NCBI GenBank assembly: GCA_043228905.1
Contig: JBHGNT010000022.1
Span: 8,866,001-8,930,000 of the forward strand
DNA length: 64,000 nucleotides
Source: Azolla caroliniana
Taxonomy: Eukaryota; Plantae; Polypodiophyta
Direction of reading: 5' to 3'
The translations under genes and the position numbers were made by a program. Under the pieces are notes generated by a model. It saw only the letters and a list, made by a program, of their open reading frames with translations, had not been told where the DNA came from and searched no databases. Shown piece by piece: positions 26,397 to 37,541 of the stretch (position 1 is its first letter; every line of letters starts with the position of its first letter).

Positions 26397-29300
26397 TGTC
26401 GTGAAGAAAACCGGCCCTAAGAAGAATCAAAGAATTAAAGGCGTGGACCCGCCTTTGCACGAGTGTGCGCGAATTGATGCATTGTACATAACTAGGAATA
26501 GGATGGCTGATGTAAACATACTAGGTATTAGATATTTACTAATTAGGAAATCAATGCGTATCTCTATCCGAAGGGACAGAGAATAAAGTTAGTATGTTTT
26601 GATGTAACGGCCTCCTCACCGACCTAGAAAAGGGAGGAGAAGAAGAAGAAGAAGAAGAAGGGGGTGGTTTTTGGAAAAGGGGAGGTGTTCTCGGACTGGG
26701 AACTGAGCTCTGTCTTCCTCTATCATCATTCTCTGCAGGGTTGCGATCGCGGTAATTGTCACTGTTACTGTAATTGAATCTCTTGTTTCCGTCTATCTGT
26801 GTTACCTATGTTTCTGGGAGTGTCTTCTTCACTTCTCTCGAGTGTGCCCCTTGGTTAAGTCGGTATACACGTTGGCGGTTCAATCAACGGGCAAGTGCCC
26901 TTGGTTGCTGACAGGCCTTACACTTGTGTGCTTCTTGTTTCCTCTTGTCTCTCTCGCTCCTCGGTTCAGGGCCCCCGTGGTCCCGCCTTATTTCACACGT
27001 GAAAGCGTAACAACACAACATATTTGGTGAACCCGACGCGAAACAGGCGGTAGAAGAGTCGAAGATGAGGGGATCGGAGCTCGCCGAAGCCATGGCAGCA
27101 GCAGTCGATCGGATAGTAAGTGCTCACGAGGGCACAAGCACCCTCAACAGGGCCATTGAAGCAATTGTCGGCACGATAGGCCGATTCGGTGGGAAGGACA
27201 CCACGAGCTATTTGGTGACCTACCGAGCCGAGATGGTGATGAGAGACATTCCGAAGGATAGGCGTCTGGCCGGGTTCCCTCGGGTGGCAACACCGGGCAT
27301 CCACGCAGAGGTGCTCGAGGTACAGGCTGGATGTCGGACCTGGGGAGAATTCGAAGCACAGCTCCTCGAAAGGTACGGGCTTGATGACGCGCTTCGGTTA
27401 TCGAAGCGGGACTTCATGAACTGGATGGAAACCCTCAGAAAGCGGAGGAATGCGTCGGCGCTCCTCTGGGAGTTCGAAGAACGCTTCAAACAACTCTCAA
27501 CGCTGGACAGGACCGTGTTGGACACGAGCTGTGTCCTGTTGTTTGTCAAATCGGTGGATGTGTGGGATAGGGACCAGGTGGGTCTCTTGCTGGATACAGT
27601 TGATGGGTTGACAACCGACTGGGCCGTGATCAAAGGGGTTTGCAGCCGCTTCGACAAATGGCGAGAGTGGGGCGACGAGAAGTCGTTGGCGACGGGACCC
27701 ACCCCGGCGAGGAAGTTCGACGAGCCTTCGCCGGCACGTAGGGAGGAAACCCGGGATCAAATCGGTGGATGTGTGGGATAGGGACCAGGTGGGTCTCTTG
27801 CTGGATACAGTTGATGGGCTGACAACCGACTGGGCCGTGGTCAAAGGGGTTTGCAGCCGCTTCGACAAATGGCGAGAGTGGGGCGACGAGAAGTCGTTGG
27901 CGACGGGACCCACCCCGGCGAGGAAGTTCGACGAGCCTTCGCCGGCACGTAGGGAGGAAACCCGGGATTGGCTTCAAACTGGCTCAGTGTCCTACAGATC
28001 GTGCAGGCCTAGAGAGACAGTGGAGGGCAGGCACGCGACCAAAGGCCACCGACTGGACAACGGTGTATGTAGTGCGACGCGGTCGGGCACAGCCAGCGAG
28101 ACTGCGTGGAGTTTGCCGAAGCCCTCAAGGGTAATGTGGTGTACCTATGGAACAGACAGGTGCATGCTAGTGATACTCGGAGAGAGGTGGAGACGAATTT
28201 CGAGCGTGGCGGGATGAAGCGGCTAATGGAAGAAGCGAAGGCGCGCCATGTGGAGGTCGTCCATTATTCAGCATTGGCCGGAATACGGGTGGGAGTGGAC
28301 GAAGACCGGAAAACGAAGGACTTTGGCTTCTGGCCCTCGGTGCTAGAAGGCCTCTCCGGCGCATGACTGAAGAAGGAGGAAGCGAGTCGCATAGAGCAGC
28401 GTTCTGGGGGGTCACTGGATGGGACGATCCGGTTGAGGAGAAGACCGTTCTCGTGGAATTTGCGTGCAAGAACTATGAGGTTCTTGTAGAACACAGGCGC
28501 GCGAGAAAGGCCGGAGGTGCCGGGCCCTCGCAGCAGTATGAGACCCGATTCGGGCAAAAGCAAAACGATGCCAGTAACCCCAACCAGACAAAACGAAGCG
28601 GGTCGGTTAACGGCTAAGCACCGAGATTGAAAGGACAAGGAACCTACAGAAGGTTCTAGAAGAACGGATCCTCGACAACAAGGTCGAGCTATCTTTGCAA
28701 GAAGTGCTTGGGATGACGAAGAAGGAATTCCACGATTCCATCGTAGATCTAGTGAAGTGCAAGCGGCTCTCTACAGAGTCGGAACCGGAGAAGCCGGTGG
28801 AGGTGCGAACGACGTGCCTGGAGGATGCAGCCCTAGAAGACGAGTTGGCGGATAGCCACTACGCGAAGTTACACTGGACCAGGGCCACCATGGAAACCCC
28901 TGTCCGGATCGGGGACGTGCAAGAGCCGGTGGTTGCATTGATAGACCATGGTTCGGAGATAAACCTGATGTCCATTGACTTCTATAGGAAAGGGAAGTGG
29001 CCAATCAACACCAAGCACGGTTGGAAGATACGTGTGGCAACGCACGCTACAGAGGAGTTGCATGGCGTGTGCCCGAATGTACGCGTGAAGATTGGGGATG
29101 TCGAGGTAGATCAACATTTCTTCGTGCAGGAGACGTCCTCGCACCCGGTGATACTTGGCGAACCGTACATTATAGCGGCATGCATGGAAACAAAGGTGCT
29201 TGATAATGGGTCGGCATATGCGCGCGTAAAGAGCCAAGATGGACGACACTCCGTCCAATTCCTGACCGTACGACCAAACCATGAGCGGAACCGCGAAACC

Positions 29301-32280
29301 CTTGGCAATAGCGAACGAGGGGATTTTTAGAGAGGGCTATCAAGGCGTGGGGCCACGATAGTCTGGACACCCCGGAGGATCCCCACACTTGTACCATAGG
29401 TAGGGAAGTTTGGTTCTCCGATAACGGAGGTTGTACTATAGCCGGCATCAGCGGCTGGGAGAAGAAGCAGGTAGAGGAACGACTCAGGACATGCGGAGTC
29501 CTCGACCTGATGAGGAAATTAGTGGCACCGCTGAGGCGGTCTCTTTCGAGACACCCTCGGGGAAATCGGGAAGGTGATCAAAGAAGGCTCTAGTGAAGAC
29601 CGGATGATCACGGTTAGTTCCTTGGAGATGTACGAAGTCATCCCTAACTTCAGGAAAAGGGTTGGGTCTAACCGGATGCCCCACGTGGATACCAAGTACA
29701 AGACTATGGATCGAAAGGTGAGGCCAGTCACGGCACCCTTGCCGGAGGGCAGTAGGGAAAGAATAAATGGGGTCGCATCGGACCCGAGTCTACGGGATTC
29801 GGCTGGCATAGGACACTGATTCACTAACACAACGCTACGAGAGCTCAAGGTCGGTGGGGGTGGGTTTCTACTGTCAACGGAAGAGGACCGGTTTCAGAGG
29901 ATGCTCGGGAGGCATGGGAAAGCCTTCGCATTCTCACCGGAGGAAATCGGGTGTGTAGACCTGACAATCGTTGAACCAATGGTAATCTTCACGGTACCGC
30001 ACGTACCGTGGAATCTCAAACTGATTTCGGTACCCAGAGCTCACATCCCAAAGCTGATGGAGCTACTGAAGCAGAAGGTGGAGATGAGCATCCTCGAGCC
30101 GTCAAGTGCCCCGTATTCGAACCAGTGGTTTACGGTGCCAAAGAAAAACGGCATGTTGTGCTTCATTCAGGATCTGCAACCGGTCAATAAAGTGACCATT
30201 CGAAATGCAAGTATCGATCTGACTATTGATGAGTTTGCAGAAGCCTTCGCCGGAAGGTCGATCTATTTGGTCGGGGATCTATACTCGGTGTACGACCAGT
30301 TCCAACTAGCCGTGGGAAGCAGGGATATTACGACGATGCGGACCCCTCTTGGCCTAGTACGGATGTGTACCTTGCCGCAAGGACGGACCAACTCGGTGGC
30401 ACACATGGTGAACACTATGAACAAGGTGTTGAGGGACTGCATCCCGGATATCACCATGTCATTCCTAGACGACATCCCGATAAAATGGTGTCTAGTGGAA
30501 GAGAAGGACGAGACGGTTGGGACGGATGGATGTCGGAGGCTCGTGGCTGACCACATCGACGACTGCGAGAAGGTGCTACAGAGGCTTAAAAGGGCGAGGC
30601 TCACCTTCTCCGAAGAGAAGTCAGTGTCGGGCAATTAGAGATCCTAGTAGTCGGGCACATGTGCAGGCCCTACAACGGGAAACCGTCCCCGGCAAAGGTA
30701 GAGGCAATCTCCATCATGAAGGAAGAATGCAAGTCGGTAACGGAGGTGCGGAGGTTCCTGGGAGCATGTGCGTTTTATCACATCTGGATTCTGCATTACG
30801 CGCACATAGTAGAGCCACTTTACGGCTTGCTAAAAAAGGGGCGTTGGTTCGAGTGGGGGATGGAGCATGTAGAATCGGTGCGGAGGTTGAAAGACGCACT
30901 TGTCACGGCGCCAGCGCTCCGGAAAGCGGTTTACGGCAAGAACGTTTCAATCTATGTAACCGTAGACACAACCCTGACCGGGATCGAATGGGTGATCAAT
31001 CAGGAGGACGAGAGCGGCGTGCGGTTCCCGATCCGATTCAGGGCGAAGGTATTGAGCGAGCGACAATGAGGATACTCACAGGTTAAGCGTGAACTCTAGG
31101 GTATCGTTTCGGCAGTCAAGGCCGACAAAGACTATCTAATTGGGACGGAAGTGATAATTGAGACGGACTGCCTACCAATTCTCGGTATGGTTTCCGGATG
31201 CGCAACTCCGAACCTGGCAATGCTCAGGTGGATCGCGTACATCAAGTCTCTAAATCCGGAGATACGACACATCTCCGGTAAGGACAACACCATAGCCAAT
31301 ATGCTTTCAAGAGCACGGTTCGATGACGAAGACGGCATGGTTTCAGAGAATGAAGAAGTTGGTGAGGACTTCTTCGAATCAGCTCCCATAGCGGCAAAGG
31401 CTGGGAGAACTCCGGTGCTTAACGAGTTCAACAAGAGCAGGTACAATAGGGAGTGGCTCCAGATTGGAAGGTTCCTGAGGATGATGACGTCGGACGCGGC
31501 ATGGACTAGAGAGGAGGCTAACCGGGAAAGCGTACTAATTCATCCTAATGGATGGAAGGATATGGAAGCTCCCAAAGAAGCAAGGTAACATCCCACTACG
31601 TGTAGTAGCGAGGAAAGGGGAGCAGGAGGCGTTGCTTGCGGCGTACCACGAGAGTCCCTGGGCCGGGAACTACAGCACTTGGGCCACCTTCAAGAAGCTG
31701 AAGGAGAAGTATTGGTGGCCGGGGCTGTACCAGGATGTGCACCAATTCGTGATAACATGCGAAAGCTGCCAGATGCACTCCGCAATCCGGCATCGGGATG
31801 AGATACACCCGACCTACCCGCCAACCATCCATTTCAAGTGGATGGCGGACTTAGTAACGATGCCGATGGGAGTAGGGCAGATGCGGTACTTGGTGTTGGC
31901 GCAGGAGGATTTGACAAACCAGGTGGAGGGGCGAGATGAGCTGGGAAGAGTTATTGGCAGCACGGATTTGGCAGCTCGAGCGAAGACCGGAGGACGTGGA
32001 ACGGGCAAAGGTAAAGCTACGTACGGCAAGGGAAAGGAACAAAGAGAGGTTCAACCGAACACACTGGCTGTGGCCAAAAAAGATCGAGGACGGCGACTGG
32101 GTGTTGGTGTACGACAACAGCCTCGACAACCAGCACAGGGCAACGCGCAAATTCACGAGGAGGTGGTTCAAGCCCTACGCTATAACGAGCACAAATGACA
32201 ACGGGACGTATCATCTTGCGGAGCTCACGGAACACGGATAACGGTACCAATGGCCGGTAAGCGGATAAAGGTGTTCAGGG
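26397..32280 (+). mobile_element. Non-chromoviral Ty3/gypsy (Phygy-like), 5' LTR 26397-27020, 3' LTR missing
   Basis: PBS TGGTGAACCCGACGCG at 27025; protease ALIDHGSEINL; RT FLDD; RNase H; INT H..W..CESCQ; many stops and frameshifts. Confidence 0.88.
27546..27967. repeat. 211-bp tandem duplication in the Phygy-like gag, frameshifting
   Basis: TCAAATCGGTGGATGTG...GAAACCCGGGA repeated at 27546 and 27757. Confidence 0.9.
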
Positions 32281-32328
32281 TGAAAGCATGGGGATGGGAA
32301 CAATTAGCTATGTCCTTGACATAGCTAA

Positions 32329-35300
32329 TTAGCTATCTAAAAAGCTACATGTAATCTGTATATTGTCCGGATACTTTCGGTGGAAATCAGCAAGAAGATC
32401 TTGTGCATTGGCAACATTCTCGACGGGTTCCCAAGTACGTTCGCTCGGACTATAACCGAGCCAATCGACCAAGTAATAAAGTTTGTTGCGAACAAGTTTG
32501 GAATCGAGGATGGCAGCAACTTCATACTCCGGGCCGGCGTCCAACTCCAGCGGGGGCGGCGGTGGTGTCACACGATCGGGAATGGTATTTGCTTTATAAG
32601 GTTCAAGAAGAGAACAATGGAAAACCGGATGTATCTGAAGCTGCGGAGGGAGATCCAGGTGGAAGGTGACATCATTAATCTTCCCCGTAATACGGAAAGG
32701 ACCGAGTCGTCGATAATCCAACTTGTCGCACGGTCGAGTAGTCTTGATGTGACGACGTAAGAGCCATACTCGATCTCCGATGGAAAAAGAGGAGGGAATC
32801 CGATGACGATCCGCATAAGTCTTCTGTGTGTGTTGAGCATGACGAAGGTGAGTAGAGAGATCCATCTGGATCTTGCGTAGCCTCTCCAAATGGTCCTCGG
32901 CACGAGGGTTGGTAGGTAGCTCCGGAGTGTCGATCACCGACCAGCGAGGATGGAAACCGGTATAGGCGAGAAATGGGGAGACCCAAGTCGAGGAGTGAAT
33001 AGCATTATTATACGCAAACTCCGCAAAGTGGAGAATCTCGGCCCAATCGTCCTGTTGATAACTCAGGAAACACCGGAGATATTGCTCCAACGTTTGGTTT
33101 GTTCGTTCCGCCTGTCCGTCAGTTTGAGGATGGTAGCCGGAGGAGAGGTTGCAGGAGACCTTGAGCATCCTGAAGAGATGCTGCCAAAATTTGGAGACAA
33201 ATTGCGGGCCTCGATCACTGATAATACTGTCTGGTAGGCCATGATGCCGAAATACCTCACGCATAACAAGAGCGGCGGTTTCCTCGCTAGTGATGGCTTT
33301 AGTACATGGCACAAAATGTGCCATCTTCGTATATCGATCGACGACGGTTAGGATAGCATCGAACCCCTTCGAGACCGGCAGATCTGTAATAAAATCAAGA
33401 CAAATAGACTGCCATGGCTTACTTGGAATTGGTAAAGGTTCCAACAAGCCATATGGATGGTGTCGTGGCATCTTTGCTCGGCAGCAAGCATCACAGGTCC
33501 GAACGTAGTCGTCGACAAAACGGCGCATGTGGGGCCACCAAAAAGATCGCTGCACTAACTCCAACGTCTTGGTACTACCGAAATGTCCCGCCGTATGGGT
33601 GTCGTGACAATGTTGGACGATTTGAAGGCGACAGGAGCAATCGGGGACATATACGCGCTTTTTAAAGAATAACAAACCATCATGATATTCGAATTGTCGG
33701 TAGTCAATACCTAGTTGTTGAGACTGAGAACAGGATGCCCGAGAAGTATCAATGTGCGCCAGGATGTCTTGAGCAAAACTATCCGTCTTCAAGGTTGCAC
33801 GTATGTCATCGGTAATCCGTGAATCCATCGGGGTGTGAAAAATCCGCGTCGTGTGCAATCGTGTTGGTCCCAAGATTACTTGCTTTTGATTATCAAATGT
33901 TGCGTCACCAGGACGAGGTGCAAGATATGAACGCCGTGATAGTGCATCTGCTTTTCCTTGCTGCTTCCCCGGTCGATATGTGATTTCGAAGTTGAAACGC
34001 GTGAGGAATTGCGCCCACCGAGCTTGCCGTCGATTTAGTACGCGAGCGTTCTGAAAATAAGCAAGATTTTTATGATCGCTAAAGACAATGACCTGATGTG
34101 GAGAGCCCTCTAAGAAATGCCGCCATTGTACAAATGAATCCACGATGGCTAATAACTCCTTGTCATGTATTTCGTAGTTGATTTCTGCGACATTGAATTT
34201 GCGCGAATGGAAAGCCACCGGATGCAACTCTTCTTTATCGCCTTGTTGAGAAAGGATGCTACCGAGGGCGAAATCTGATGCGTCGGCCTCCATGATGAAT
34301 GGTTTGCTTGTATCCACATGAGCTAGAATCGGTGCTGATGTAAAGGCTTTCTTAAGATGCCGAAAAGCCATATCTGCTTCGATGGACCAAAGAAATGCTT
34401 GGCCCTTCTTCGTAAGTTGTGTGAGAGGTAAAATAATCTTCGAGTAATCCTGTATAAACTTACGGTAGAAGTTAGCAAAGCCTAGAAAACATTGTACATC
34501 TCGTACCGACCGTGGAATTTGCCACTCTAGTACAGTTTGGATTTTAGCTGGATCCATGGCGATGCCCTTTGAGGAGATGACGTAGCCTAGAAATTCCACT
34601 TGCTTGCAGTCAAAGCTACATTTCTCTAGCTTGGCATAAAGACCATTCTCGCGGAGTCGCTTTAGTACTAATAGTACATGAGAATCGTGCTCTTCCTGGG
34701 TCTTCGAATAAATCAACAGATCATCCAGATAAATGATCAAACAGATATCCAAGAGGTCTCTGAATATATCATTTGCCATGTGTTGGAAGACTGCGGGTGC
34801 ATTGGTTAGGCCAAACGGCATAACAGTATACTCGAAATGCCCATACCGCGTGCGAAAAGCGGTCTTCCACTCATCTCCCGGTCGGATCCGCACGAGATTA
34901 TACGCTCCTCGTAGGTCGATTTTAGTAAAAAACTTGGCACCATTAACTCGCTCTAAAAGACTTGATATAAGAGGAAGTGCATACCTATTCCGGATGGTGA
35001 CTTTATTCAATCCGCGGTAATCAACGACAAGACGAAGTGAGCCATCTTTCTTCTTGACAAAGAAGATGGGTGCACCGGCCGGAGATTTCGAATGACGGAT
35101 GAACCCGCTTGCCAAGTTCTCCTCTATGTAGGCTCGAAGGACTTCTAACTCGGTGGGTGACAAGTTGTAAATTGGTCCCCATGGTGGCTCGGTTCCTGGT
35201 TGTAAATCGATGGGACAGTCATAGGGACGGTGATGAGGAAGGGTACCGGCTTTTACCTTGTCAAATACATCGGCATAAGGATGATATTTTGCCGGAAGTT

Positions 35301-35889
35301 GTATTGAGGAGTCCTTCTTAATAGTGCTAGAAGGATGTACTGATATGGCAAATAGGAACATTGCCTCCTTGGGTCCTTCTTCGCGTAGTTGATGGAGTGA
35401 AATGGTCGAAACTCGGTGAGTTGATTCTTGGGGTGGCCGATATCGGACTTCTCTTGTTTTCCAATCTATGGCTGGATTATGTAATTCAAGCCAAGGTAAT
35501 CCTAGGACAATGGGATGCTCTGGACTACTAATTATATTAAATGATATTATACACACAAAACTACCTAGGACAACTTGAATGGGTTCTGATTCTTCTACAA
35601 TATTCCCGGAAGCAATGGGACGACCATCAATGACCACTACAGATGCGGGACAAGGAAGTTTTCTTAAGGATATCTGAGAAGCTTGGGCAAAAGTTCGATC
35701 CATGAAACAGGAATTAGCTCCGGAATCTAAAAGTGCTAGGACGGGTACTGGGGGAGTACTTTTAGTACTAACAATGACTTGGGCTAGGAACACATTGCTA
35801 ACTTGCTTGGAAGGAATGGAACCACTAATGGGCTGTACAGATCTAGGGCTGCTGTCCAACCAAATGGCTCCTATTTTGGCTGGACTCAA
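32329..35889 (-). CDS. Uninterrupted Pol (PR-RT-RNase H-INT-chromodomain) of Tcn1/Tf1-like chromovirus T4
   Basis: 1186-aa ORF: LLDSGA, YLDD, EADASDFALG, CHD..H..CDAC, HPQTDGQAER, GPF, EYEVAAILDS..YLVDWLGY..TWEP; last about 11 codons come from foreign filler. Confidence 0.97.
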   Translation of the reverse strand: MSPAKIGAIWLDSSPRSVQPISGSIPSKQVSNVFLAQVIVSTKSTPPVPVLALLDSGANSCFMDRTFAQASQISLRKLPCPASVVVIDGRPIASGNIVEESEPIQVVLGSFVCIISFNIISSPEHPIVLGLPWLELHNPAIDWKTREVRYRPPQESTHRVSTISLHQLREEGPKEAMFLFAISVHPSSTIKKDSSIQLPAKYHPYADVFDKVKAGTLPHHRPYDCPIDLQPGTEPPWGPIYNLSPTELEVLRAYIEENLASGFIRHSKSPAGAPIFFVKKKDGSLRLVVDYRGLNKVTIRNRYALPLISSLLERVNGAKFFTKIDLRGAYNLVRIRPGDEWKTAFRTRYGHFEYTVMPFGLTNAPAVFQHMANDIFRDLLDICLIIYLDDLLIYSKTQEEHDSHVLLVLKRLRENGLYAKLEKCSFDCKQVEFLGYVISSKGIAMDPAKIQTVLEWQIPRSVRDVQCFLGFANFYRKFIQDYSKIILPLTQLTKKGQAFLWSIEADMAFRHLKKAFTSAPILAHVDTSKPFIMEADASDFALGSILSQQGDKEELHPVAFHSRKFNVAEINYEIHDKELLAIVDSFVQWRHFLEGSPHQVIVFSDHKNLAYFQNARVLNRRQARWAQFLTRFNFEITYRPGKQQGKADALSRRSYLAPRPGDATFDNQKQVILGPTRLHTTRIFHTPMDSRITDDIRATLKTDSFAQDILAHIDTSRASCSQSQQLGIDYRQFEYHDGLLFFKKRVYVPDCSCRLQIVQHCHDTHTAGHFGSTKTLELVQRSFWWPHMRRFVDDYVRTCDACCRAKMPRHHPYGLLEPLPIPSKPWQSICLDFITDLPVSKGFDAILTVVDRYTKMAHFVPCTKAITSEETAALVMREVFRHHGLPDSIISDRGPQFVSKFWQHLFRMLKVSCNLSSGYHPQTDGQAERTNQTLEQYLRCFLSYQQDDWAEILHFAEFAYNNAIHSSTWVSPFLAYTGFHPRWSVIDTPELPTNPRAEDHLERLRKIQMDLSTHLRHAQHTQKTYADRHRIPSSFSIGDRVWLLRRHIKTTRPCDKLDYRRLGPFRITGKINDVTFHLDLPPQLQIHPVFHCSLLEPYKANTIPDRVTPPPPPLELDAGPEYEVAAILDSKLVRNKLYYLVDWLGYSPSERTWEPVENVANAQDLLADFHRKYPDNIQITCSFLDS

Positions 35890-37043
35890 TCGTTTAACTC
35901 TTCATCTAATTGACTAAGGATTTCAAATTTATTTGAGATACTTGGGCTATTAGTACTATGAATACTATCTGACACTCTATTAGTACTATTAATACTATCA
36001 GACACTCCAAAGGGAAGAATTGACTCGGGTTTAGTACAGGCGACGATTTGATTTACCTGTCTTCTTGGCCTATGGGGACAATTGATGGCGATATGTCCTG
36101 GTCCACCGCAATAAAGACATAATCGATTGGCACGTCGTCGTTGCTTTTCTTCTTCCGATAACGGGCCGCGTCGACGCATGGTATCGATCTCCATCGGTGT
36201 CGAAGTATTTGCTTGAGGTGTGTCTCGTGCAAACGGTTTAGCCGCGACTGCGGCGTAAGTGGGCTCTGGCCTAGAGCGTGGTATCTGTAATTGATGTTCT
36301 GAACGCCGTTCAAAAAGGCGGTTGTCACATCGAACTGCTCGACTGATTGCCTCCGTAAGAGACTTTGGTTCTTCGGGGAAAGTTAGAAGTAGATCTTTGA
36401 CATCGTTTCGCAAGCCATAGCGAAACTGCTCCATTAGTGCTTGATCATCCCAGGGTATATCTGAAGCAAGTAGGCGGAAATCCGCCGCGTAGGCAGAGGC
36501 TGGACGATCGCCTTGACGCAATCGCCGGATCTTGTTGATCGCCGTCCTGATGCTGTCGGTGTCTCCAAAGCAGGCTTTAAACTCACCAATAAAATCTTCA
36601 AGGTTATTAAGTAAGGGTGATTGTTTTTCTAGAAGCGGAGCAAACCATGCCAAGGCTGAGCCGCTAAGTAGCGTGCCTATTAGGCCGACTCAAGATGCAT
36701 CAGTGGGATATCGGGAAGGATGCATCTGGATGACTAAGCGTACCTGATTAAGGAATCCCCGGAATTGCGAACGCGTTCCATCAAATTTCACAGGAAGTCC
36801 AATCTTGGGCTCTTTATGAAATCCTTGGGGACTGGATCCTTGTTGTTGCAACGCTGCTTCGAGTTGTTGTACCCGTAACGCTAACTCCCCATGTTGTTGT
36901 TGCGTTTGTTGTTTTTCTAGAGCGATTTGTTGCAGATCCCCTATCAGCCGTTGGTTTTCTTGTTCCAGGGCAACAAACTTTTCTTTTAGGCATTGTAGCT
37001 CGGAGAAAACGGATTGGTATTCTTGGGCGCTAACAGTAGCCAT
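35886..37043 (-). pseudogene. T4 gag with one premature stop (TGA at 36690-36692)
   Basis: MATVSAQEYQ coiled coil, KFDGTR, retrotransposon gag core, CLYCG..H.A..C knuckle; the paralogous T1 gag has Arg at the stop position. Confidence 0.92.
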
Positions 37044-37109
37044 AGTATAGGGAAAAGGGTAGGAGGATGAGGGAGAGTGACAAGTAGGCTAGGGGAAATT
37101 GGTTCAAAC

Positions 37110-37541
37110 TGTCAGGAATAGTACTAAAACAGAGATGGAATTAGTACTAAGAACAGCAGTACTATTAGTACTAAGAGGACGGGACTGCGTAAGATTCCCG
37201 AGAGAGGAAGTGAGAAGAGGAGAGAGAGAGAGATAGCGAGAATGAGAGAGATGATGACAGCAGCTATATATTATGTGAAAAGATAAGTACAAGCGGCTAA
37301 GAGGCTTAAGACTGGCGTTGAACCAATTTGGTTCAAAACAATGCCTTGTGCCTCCTTTTATAGTGTTTTTTAGGAATAATCTTGAAGCTTCTAGAATGTT
37401 CCAGAGAGATCTGGAATATACATCAATTTTCTATGATAAAGTATAAATGAAAATAATATCCTACAAAATACAATTCCTAATCTAATGGTAAGAGCTCGAC
37501 CCATGTAGCATAAAGTCATGGGTTCGAGTCTAGCCATGACA
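37110..37541 (-). repeat. T4 5' LTR (TGTCA...TGACA) with TATA at 37362-37356
   Basis: Terminal inverted repeats; followed by GTTTGAACCAATTT; flanked at 37542 by resumed Copia C RT (RAAMKEEM). Confidence 0.92.
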
